Assembly (NCBI GenBank): GCA_048881705.1
Contig: JBHLSH010000069.1
Coordinates: 1 to 22,017 of the forward strand
Length of the DNA stretch: 22,017 nt
Source: Candidatus Heimdallarchaeota archaeon
GTDB lineage: Archaea; Asgardarchaeota; Heimdallarchaeia; Hodarchaeales; Hodarchaeaceae
Direction: 5' to 3'
Below, piece by piece: positions 14,948-22,017 of the stretch; the first letter of the stretch is position 1; every line of letters starts with the position of its first letter. The notes beneath the pieces are model-generated. The model was given only the letters and a program-made list of their open reading frames with translations. It was not told the origin of the DNA and did not search any database. The position numbers and the translations under genes were made by a program.

Positions 14948-15316
14948 ATGGGAGATTCGTTTCTTTTAGCAAGAATCAAGTCCGTAAACTTCTGGGATCA
15001 ACCAAGTGAGCTTGTTATGTCGAAAGGAAAGCGTGAAAAGCAAAAACAAGAGCCCTCTTGTGTCAATCATCCCAGTAGATACGAAACGATGGAATGTGAA
15101 AGATGTCATAGGAATTTCTGCTCTGAATGCGTGATTGAAGACTGGCATGAGACCTTTTTCCAACAATTCATTGGCGAAAAACGTAAGATGGTTAAGCAAA
15201 TATATTGCATACCATGCAGAAAACGGGTCGTTCGTATTCGCATAATTGCATCTTTTGGATTGTTAACCATCTTGCTACTACCTTTGGTACTATGGCTTAT
15301 CGTTGCGGTTCTATGA
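14948..15316 (+). CDS. B-box-like zinc-finger protein with C-terminal transmembrane tail
   Basis: CVNH...CERC...CSEC...CIPC gives eight Cys/His ligands, followed by the terminal hydrophobic helix IIASFGLLTILLLPLVLWLIVAVL. The start could be ATG 15017. Confidence 0.7.
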   Translation: MGDSFLLARIKSVNFWDQPSELVMSKGKREKQKQEPSCVNHPSRYETMECERCHRNFCSECVIEDWHETFFQQFIGEKRKMVKQIYCIPCRKRVVRIRIIASFGLLTILLLPLVLWLIVAVL

Positions 15317-15319
15317 GGA

Positions 15320-17020
15320 ATGTGGAGTCGGGTGCCAACCCTCGTTCTTAAAGATTACCAAGAAGACAGGGGAGCGGATGGAGTCTATGACAAAAGAAAC
15401 ACCTTAAACAATCTAACAGGTAAACAGTGGCTTTTTTCAACCAAAACGGTGATTCCCAAAGATTATCCTCACCATGGGAATGAAAAAAAGAGGCCTAACG
15501 GATTTTTTCCTCTTCCCTCTGGTTTTTGTAAAGAAATCGTTGAAATTTTCTCAAAACCAGGTGAGACTATCTTAGATCCATTTGCGGGATTTGGGAGTAC
15601 ACTGATCGGAACTTTTTTGGCGAATTCGAATACAACTGCCCCAAAAAGAGAATGTATTGGAATTGAAAGCAATGATATGTTTATAAAAGAATATTTAGCT
15701 CGAACGCGACAGATAGATGGTTTCAAGGGAAGTATGATCAGAGATGATCCAATACCTGCCTTATCTAAAATTCGTTTGAATTCTATGGGTCTTGTTTTCG
15801 CAGATATTCCTATTCGAAGAATTTTTTCAACATTATTGCCGAACTCGAACAATTCAATCCCTAATTCGAATTCTCAGGCGTTAAAAGAGGCAATTGAGCT
15901 GTGGTTATCAACCGTTTGCCCTATAATTCTAACAGCTGCGATAAAACTAAAAGAAAACCGTTATATCGTCTTGACAATCCCAGGAGGGGAAGGATCGAGT
16001 TTTTCATCTTTCAATTTTGCCGTATCTTCTTTACTTGCCCATAATCTACAGACGCAGGGGATTCCACTAAAGGCCGAAAGAATCTGGTTTATTCCAGACC
16101 CAGAAAAAGAAATTGACGAGTTTCTCCCACTTGCGCGACGAATCCTTGTTTTCAGGAACGAACGGAGTCTTACGGGAAAAACCAAGAGGCCTCCTCTTTT
16201 CTTCAACGGATTATTACCAATCGGTTGCACAGAGATCATCCACAAGGCTTATCCTCCTTCATTCAATCACAAACTTCGGAGCCAGCACGGGGGGATGAAA
16301 CCTCCAGAGCTAGCCTATCTACTTATTGAAAAGTTCTCGAGGTATCCCCGCGGTTTAATTTTGGATCCATTTGCCGGAGTTGGGGGAACTCTTCTAGGTG
16401 CAAGTCTTGCAGGACGGAGAGCTATTGGTATCGATATTAACAGACAGTGGCAAGAAATATATTATCAGGTGGCTGAAAAAGAGGGATTGCTGAGACAGGA
16501 GTTTATTGTTGGAGATTCACGAAAAAAGCTTCCCCATGCTGTTCCTGATGACGCGGTCGATCTCGTTTTCACTGATGTCCCGTATTGGGCGATGGATAAG
16601 CTGGAGAAGACACGAGGTCGTTTTTCACGAGCAGGTGAAAAGTCAAAAGCAAAACTGCATTCATCCCTCAAGAAATTCGACCAAGCACAGGTAATTTCCT
16701 TAGAAGAGTGGACCGGCTTGCTCAAGGAGGTTTTTTCTCTCTGTTATTCGAAATTGGCTTCCGAAGGGTATTGTGTAGTATTCATTGGAAATATGTACCG
16801 AACTATTATAGAAGAACGAGCGGGGCAGGCGCAAAAAATTGGCAGATACCTCCTACTCTCTTCAATATTGGCTCGGATTCTTTTAGAAATAGGATATCAG
16901 TTCGAAAGAGAGATAATTTGGTATTCCCCCGATAAATCTCTCCACGTCTTTGGATACCCTTATTCTTATATTCCTAGTATTGTGCATCAAAGCATCCTTG
17001 TATTCAAAAAGGGGAAGTAA
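15320..17020 (+). CDS. SAM-dependent N4/N6 amino-methyltransferase with two tandem methyltransferase domains (orphan DNA MTase or TRM11-like)
   Basis: Two motif-I copies, LDPFAGFGST (about 15575) and LDPFAGVGGT (about 16364). Motif-IV positions are LVFADIPI (about 15803) and LVFTDVPYW (about 16574). Each half ends in ER-x-x-W/EREIIW...ILVF. Confidence 0.82.
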   Translation: MWSRVPTLVLKDYQEDRGADGVYDKRNTLNNLTGKQWLFSTKTVIPKDYPHHGNEKKRPNGFFPLPSGFCKEIVEIFSKPGETILDPFAGFGSTLIGTFLANSNTTAPKRECIGIESNDMFIKEYLARTRQIDGFKGSMIRDDPIPALSKIRLNSMGLVFADIPIRRIFSTLLPNSNNSIPNSNSQALKEAIELWLSTVCPIILTAAIKLKENRYIVLTIPGGEGSSFSSFNFAVSSLLAHNLQTQGIPLKAERIWFIPDPEKEIDEFLPLARRILVFRNERSLTGKTKRPPLFFNGLLPIGCTEIIHKAYPPSFNHKLRSQHGGMKPPELAYLLIEKFSRYPRGLILDPFAGVGGTLLGASLAGRRAIGIDINRQWQEIYYQVAEKEGLLRQEFIVGDSRKKLPHAVPDDAVDLVFTDVPYWAMDKLEKTRGRFSRAGEKSKAKLHSSLKKFDQAQVISLEEWTGLLKEVFSLCYSKLASEGYCVVFIGNMYRTIIEERAGQAQKIGRYLLLSSILARILLEIGYQFEREIIWYSPDKSLHVFGYPYSYIPSIVHQSILVFKKGK

Positions 17021-17073
17021 GGAACTAGTAAACTGACCTTATTTAAAACTGGTACAATCCTGTCTTTTTTCGC

Positions 17074-19119
17074 TTATTCTGGAATTCCATAAGAAAGGAT
17101 ATGATCATCTGCTGTTTGCAGAGCGACTGATGCCTTTTCCATGATGTAAGCTTCTGTGATGTCGTGATGAGTTATCCAACCAACCAATTTGGGGAATTCC
17201 TGACCTGAAACCTTTTCTACAATCGGTAGACGAGAAATATCTTTTGATTCCATTATATGGATGGCGTGCATCAAGGAAGCCTTTCTATCGACACAATAGA
17301 GAGGTTTTCGCTTTTTTACCAATACATCAAATACATTCCAATCTTTTGGAGAACTATGTAATGCATTTTGAACATCACTTAATGTAATAACTCCAATCAG
17401 TTTTTCTTGCTCAATAACCGGAAAACCTTCGTGACCAGTAGTTCTAACAAGGTCTATCACTGTTTCCAGGCGAGTTTTTGTATCAACTACCACCAATTCC
17501 TCTCTGGGAGTCATGGCTTGTTCAATAGAGATGGTTTCGAGAACATCGGTGAGATTCTCACTTAAGACTACTCCTCTTCGGATGAGCTTCAAAGTGTAGA
17601 TATTTTCTTTTTCAAGAAGCAATGAGATCACCCAACTTATTGAAACCACAACCATCAAAGGGATAGTTAAAAAATAATCCTCGGTCATTTCTGCGGTCAT
17701 GATAACTGCAGTCAAAGGAGCACGCCCTGTACCTGCAAAAAAAGCGGCCATTCCTAGTACTGCGAGCAAGGCGATGGGAACATTCGCAATTATAATGATA
17801 TCATCAACGACAATCCCAAAGGCCGCACCTAACATTACGCCTAAAAAAAGGGTAGGAGCAAAAACGCCTCCAGAACCGCCCGAACCCACGGTAAATACCG
17901 TCGCAAGTATTTTCAATACAAATAATAGTATCAGGATAATGAGCACTAATGACGCTGGTTCTTGAAAAAGCGTTCCTTGAAAAACCGCCTCCATTGGAAG
18001 ATAGGTCAGTCCCATCGTGGTGAATACTTGCCATTGTTCACCCACGAAGAAATACGTTGCAATTAAGATTAACCCAACAAAGAGTCCTCCTAGAGCTGGT
18101 TGAGCGATTTCAGGTACTGTAAGTTTCCCAGACACATATTCAAAGATGTCTTCAAATTTATAGAAGAATTTAATCCATAAAGCTGAGCCAATTCCGCAAA
18201 TTAAACCTAAAATTACAAATAAAGGGATTAAATAGGGTTCATGATATGCTAATGGAGGAAACCCAATGAACGCTGGCTCGGTTCCTATTAAAAATTGGCC
18301 TGTCACTACCCCAACGACACCAGCTAAAATAATCGGAATCAGTAACCCCGTCGCACTTTCACCCATTAAGATTTCAAGAGCAAATAACGTTCCGCCAATG
18401 GGTGCATTGAAAGTTGAAGCAATTCCAGCAGCGACCCCTGAAATTACTAGAGTTCGTAGTTCACGTGGAGAAAGTCCTAGTTTTTGTCCTACCAAAGAAG
18501 CGAAGCCGGCTCCGATTTGTGCAATCGGTCCTTCTCTTCCTGCCGATCCACCTGTACCAATGGTCGTGGCAGAAGCAATGATCTTGATGAACGGTACCCT
18601 CAAACTCATACGTCCGTTATTTAATGCAACAGATTCCAAAACCTCTGGCACACCATGTCCTTTGGTTTCTTTTGAAACACGAGACGTAAGAAAACCAACA
18701 CACAGGCCCCCAATGATTGGGGCAAGTAGAAAAGGTAACCAGCTAAAGTAAAAAAAACCGAATGAATTCAGGATTTCCATAGGAATAGTAAAAAAAAGCC
18801 AAAAAATAAAAGCAATCGCTAAACGAAAGATCCACGACCCAATTCCGCCGACAATTCCTACGAGTATAGCAAGCAGATTTAATCTGACGATGGATGGCAT
18901 TTTTTCGTTTGTTTTCGACAAAAAGGATTGTATTTGACTTATTAGAATGCGCTGATCCTTGAATTGATTGAAACTCGTTTTTTTCGTATTGTGGTTCCTC
19001 CGAAAGAACGTTTGGGATTGGAAAGACGGCAGAGTGCGAATTCTTTCCCAGACACTCCGCAAAATAAAGGGCTTTATATTGCCTTTCAGAAGTGCCTTGA
19101 TGATTACAGCTAATTTCAA
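17074..19119 (-). CDS. CLC-family chloride/proton exchanger with two C-terminal CBS domains
   Basis: GHGVPE, GGSAGREGP (external gating Glu), FNAPIGG-x-LFALE (internal Glu), GGVFAP, RAPLTA, ENIY, then CBS repeats (HEGFPV, ISRLPIV). Start uncertain: TTG 19119 or ATG 18900. Confidence 0.92.
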   Translation of the reverse strand: MKLAVIIKALLKGNIKPFILRSVWERIRTLPSFQSQTFFRRNHNTKKTSFNQFKDQRILISQIQSFLSKTNEKMPSIVRLNLLAILVGIVGGIGSWIFRLAIAFIFWLFFTIPMEILNSFGFFYFSWLPFLLAPIIGGLCVGFLTSRVSKETKGHGVPEVLESVALNNGRMSLRVPFIKIIASATTIGTGGSAGREGPIAQIGAGFASLVGQKLGLSPRELRTLVISGVAAGIASTFNAPIGGTLFALEILMGESATGLLIPIILAGVVGVVTGQFLIGTEPAFIGFPPLAYHEPYLIPLFVILGLICGIGSALWIKFFYKFEDIFEYVSGKLTVPEIAQPALGGLFVGLILIATYFFVGEQWQVFTTMGLTYLPMEAVFQGTLFQEPASLVLIILILLFVLKILATVFTVGSGGSGGVFAPTLFLGVMLGAAFGIVVDDIIIIANVPIALLAVLGMAAFFAGTGRAPLTAVIMTAEMTEDYFLTIPLMVVVSISWVISLLLEKENIYTLKLIRRGVVLSENLTDVLETISIEQAMTPREELVVVDTKTRLETVIDLVRTTGHEGFPVIEQEKLIGVITLSDVQNALHSSPKDWNVFDVLVKKRKPLYCVDRKASLMHAIHIMESKDISRLPIVEKVSGQEFPKLVGWITHHDITEAYIMEKASVALQTADDHILSYGIPE

Positions 19120-19140
19120 AGAGATGTAAAAATATTCGGC

Positions 19141-20034
19141 CTAATGGAATGAACGGGCTTTAGGTGGATTTTGGGAGTAATCATAGAATCCGATACCTGA
19201 TTTCCGCCCGAAGTGACCAGCCCTAACCATCTTACGCAGTAGAGATGGTACTCGATACTTGGAATCTTGGAATTCAGAGTAGAGATAATCTCCAATAAAC
19301 AACGTTGTGTCAAGACCTACGAAATCCAACAACGTAAATGGCCCCATTGGATGATTAAGTCCAAGCGTAATAGCCTTATCCATATCTTCCACAGTAGTAA
19401 CACCTTCTTGCAAGGCAGTAACAGCTTCTAGGAAGAATGGAAGTAATAAACGGTTAACCGCAAAGCCAGGGGCTTCATTAACCAGAACTGTTTCTTTTCC
19501 CAGCTTTTTTGAAAGCTCATCGATGAATTGATATGTTTCCTCGGAGGTCTCGTATCCCTTGATTATTTCTACCAAACGCATTACAGGGACAGGATTGAAA
19601 AAATGCATTCCAATAAACTTGTCTGGGCGCTTGGTGGCTGCCGCCATGTCAGTAATGCTGATTGATGATGTATTAGAGGCAAAAACAACTTCGGGGTTAC
19701 AGATTGCATCAATCTCAGAAAAAACCTTGCGTTTCAGGTCACGATTTTCAATTATTGCTTCAATAATTACATCTGCATCTTTTAATGCTTCGTTTAGATT
19801 CACTACTCCGTTTATCCGCTGAAGAACTTTATCCATTTCCTCTTGGGTCATTTTTCCCTTTTTTACGCCTCGATTTAGGTTTTTCTTGATCATATTGAGG
19901 CCATTCTCCACAAATTTATTCTCGATGTCTCGCATGGCCACCTCAAACCCAGCTTGGGCACATACCTGAGCTATACCATTCCCCATCAATCCTGCACCAA
20001 GAACACAGATTTTTTTTACATCTTTGACTCTCAT
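19141..20034 (-). CDS. hbd: 3-hydroxybutyryl-CoA (3-hydroxyacyl-CoA) dehydrogenase
   Basis: GAGLMGNGIAQ Rossmann motif, IEAIIE, ASNTSSISIT, GMHFFNPVPVMRLVE, PGFAVNR, NHPMGP, GRKSG-x-GFY. Confidence 0.95.
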   Translation of the reverse strand: MRVKDVKKICVLGAGLMGNGIAQVCAQAGFEVAMRDIENKFVENGLNMIKKNLNRGVKKGKMTQEEMDKVLQRINGVVNLNEALKDADVIIEAIIENRDLKRKVFSEIDAICNPEVVFASNTSSISITDMAAATKRPDKFIGMHFFNPVPVMRLVEIIKGYETSEETYQFIDELSKKLGKETVLVNEAPGFAVNRLLLPFFLEAVTALQEGVTTVEDMDKAITLGLNHPMGPFTLLDFVGLDTTLFIGDYLYSEFQDSKYRVPSLLRKMVRAGHFGRKSGIGFYDYSQNPPKARSFH

Positions 20035-20066
20035 TCTCTAATAACTTCCTCATGTTCATTTCAATG

Positions 20067-20074
20067 ATTTATAT
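20067..20074 (-). promoter_or_regulatory. Putative TATA box of hbd
   Basis: The minus strand reads ATATAAAT 33 nt upstream of the hbd ATG, with GAGG between them. Confidence 0.4.
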
Positions 20075-20238
20075 GTGAAAAAAACGATCTAGATATTATT
20101 ATTTGAATTTTTCGGAAGGTTTGAAGCCGTAATGTATTTTTTAGGTATCTATCTTGGCAGAAACGAAGAGGAAACGAATTTCACACAGGTAAAACGGCTG
20201 ATACGACAATTACGTAGATTATTTCCTAGATTTATGAG

Positions 20239-21137
20239 TCAAAATCGAATTAGAAGAATGATTATGATACCTAGTATCGCTACTATAAATGCACTCGAAA
20301 CATTAACAATATCGTTATTGATGACGATGTTTCCCCGAATGAGGGTTGTTGGATTCCCACATCGGGGATGCGGATTTGATTCCGTCTCTTTGGCACACGG
20401 CTCGCAATAATAGATGCCTTGGATTGTCGCACCTTCAATCGAGTCAACCACTGATCCAATCAGCCCTGCAATGGTTATCACCCCCATTGCGAGCCCTATC
20501 ATAAATATATCGTGAGAATTAGGAGGAATAGTCAGATAAGCGCTGAAATAAACTCCTGCAATTACCATAGCCCCAAATAAGGACGCGGCCAACCCATCAA
20601 TAGTGATTCCTCCCGAGGTACCTTGCATCACTTGTTTTCTGAGATTTGTTACCAATCGTGGTTTTCGATTAGATAGTAATCCAATTTCTGTTGCCCAAGT
20701 ATCCGCATTATGCACAGCAAAGGCAATAAAAACCCCAACAAAGAAAGGACTTGTGATTTGTGGGATGACTGTCTGATTTGTCAAAAGTAGAGGCAAAAGG
20801 TCAAAAAATCCATATCCGACAACAAGGATGAGTGCTACTGTTCCATTTGCTACGACCTGCATCGCATCCCGCTTTGTTGTTCCTTTCTCAAAATCGAGTG
20901 AGGCACTGGTTTTCTCAGCTGACTTGTATTTCGAAAGAACAGAAGCGCTGATGAAAAAAAGACCATCGCCAACCAGAAAAACGGTTGAATTATAAAAAAG
21001 AATAGACCGAGAATAGCAGCGACTCCTATTCCGCCACGGGTTAATAATCTTTTTTGTAATGAAATAACCAATATCGGAATGTTGAAGATCACCGCCAAGG
21101 GGACCATTAAAATTAAATAGGGAATTATGGAGCTCAA
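20239..21137 (-). pseudogene. DUF92/TMEM19-family membrane protein split by a 1-nt frameshift in a T7 run (real lesion, recoding site or assembly error)
   Basis: The N-terminal half (LLTRGG-x-x-x-A-x-x-x-G...WLAMVFF) is in ORF 20850-21137. The C-terminal half (FFISASVLSKYK...RDAMQVVANG...ADTWATEIG...SGGIT-x-x-G...INNDIVN) is in ORF 20239-21189. The frames join at A7 20954-20960 on the plus strand; one extra T gives VFFFISAS. Confidence 0.82.
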
Positions 21138-21185
21138 AGGGAATCCCAGCTGTTACATCTTTTCCATGAAAGATTAATCGAAAAA

Positions 21186-22017
21186 TCAATCATTCCAATC
21201 GATGGCAGCATTGAATCGTTCTCGCAGGACTCGGTGAATTACTTTCCCTGACCCAGTACGGGGCATTTCATCGTAGGCAATGAATAGTACCTTTTTGGGA
21301 ACCTTGAATCGCGCCAGTCTCTCGTAACAAAAATTTCGAAGATTTTCGGCCAAGCTTTCTGATGGAGAATGCCCTGATGCCAAAATACATACAGCTGTTA
21401 CTGCTTCTCCCCATTTGGGATGATGTAGCCCGACCACTGCGCATTCAATTACTGAAGGATGAGTTGTAATAGTTTTTTCGACCTCCGAAGGGAATATATG
21501 CTCCCCACCAGAGATTATCATGTTCGCCTTTCTATCAACGAGGTAATAATACCCATCCGAATCACGCCGTGCCATATCTCCAGCACTAAAGAAGCTTCCG
21601 TCCATGGCTTCCCTTGTTTTGTCCGGAAGATTGTAATAATCGGTTAACTGCATTGGGCTCCGAGAGAATAATTCCCCAATTTCGCCATCAGGGACAGGTA
21701 GACGAGTCTCAGGATCAAGAATCCGGATCTTATCGGATCCAAAACATTCCTGGCCGATCGAGCCCGCCTTAGCAAACTGATCCTCTGGCCTCAAAATGGT
21801 TACTAATCCCGCTTCAGTGGACCCATAGGCTTCAAAGAGCTCAACGTCTTTGAACAGTTCCATCACACCCCTCTTCATTTCTTTAGTGGCTGGAGCCGAT
21901 GATGTGAGTAATTTTGCTACAGATGATAGGTCATATTTGCTTTTAATGTCGTCAGAGAGATTCAAAATTAGATTATAATGTGTAGGAATTAACGAGGTAA
22001 AAGTAATCTTTTCTTGG
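21186..22017 (-). CDS. Acyl-CoA synthetase/AMP-binding enzyme (long-chain fatty-acid-CoA ligase-like), 5' part outside the window
   Basis: YGSTEAG, SAGDMARRDSDGYYYLVDRK-x-x-MIISGGE, HPKWGE and PRTGSGKV. The frame stays open to the window edge (QEKITFTSLIPTHYNLIL). Confidence 0.9.
   Translation of the reverse strand, partial: QEKITFTSLIPTHYNLILNLSDDIKSKYDLSSVAKLLTSSAPATKEMKRGVMELFKDVELFEAYGSTEAGLVTILRPEDQFAKAGSIGQECFGSDKIRILDPETRLPVPDGEIGELFSRSPMQLTDYYNLPDKTREAMDGSFFSAGDMARRDSDGYYYLVDRKANMIISGGEHIFPSEVEKTITTHPSVIECAVVGLHHPKWGEAVTAVCILASGHSPSESLAENLRNFCYERLARFKVPKKVLFIAYDEMPRTGSGKVIHRVLRERFNAAIDWND

Noticed and set aside
20132-21189. ORF-track calls 20132-20410 (+), the MIFRLIF start of 20239-21189, and 20850-21137 as separate genes
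   Set aside because: The last two are the halves of one frameshifted DUF92 gene; the first is an antisense shadow ORF.

Overview
Gene-dense archaeal chromosomal window. The intron-containing tRNA-Tyr with a C1:G72 pair, TATA-type promoters and the style of the surface proteins point to archaea; an Asgard/Heimdallarchaeia-like host is an inference. Left to right: a URO-D-like enzyme divergent from a wHTH/DUF4443-like regulator; an apparent operon of surface protein, CbrT-like ECF S component, DUF4430 (transcobalamin-like) protein, EcfA/A'/T and a small membrane protein, probably for corrinoid uptake; a 928-aa membrane-anchored protein with exactly seven FG-GAP repeats plus four Ig-like domains (integrin-alpha-like architecture); a Na/Ca-exchanger-family protein with divergent alpha-repeats; a coiled-coil hypothetical; tRNA-Tyr(GUA) with a 57-nt intron carrying a CUGA...GAUGA K-loop-like motif; a B12-binding radical SAM enzyme; an Eis-like GNAT; a tail-anchored B-box-like zinc finger next to an orphan tandem-duplicated amino-methyltransferase; a CLC-CBS transporter; 3-hydroxybutyryl-CoA dehydrogenase; a DUF92 gene frameshifted in a T7 run; and a truncated acyl-CoA synthetase. 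No CRISPR array or mobile element was seen. All family calls come from motif recognition by eye, not database searches.
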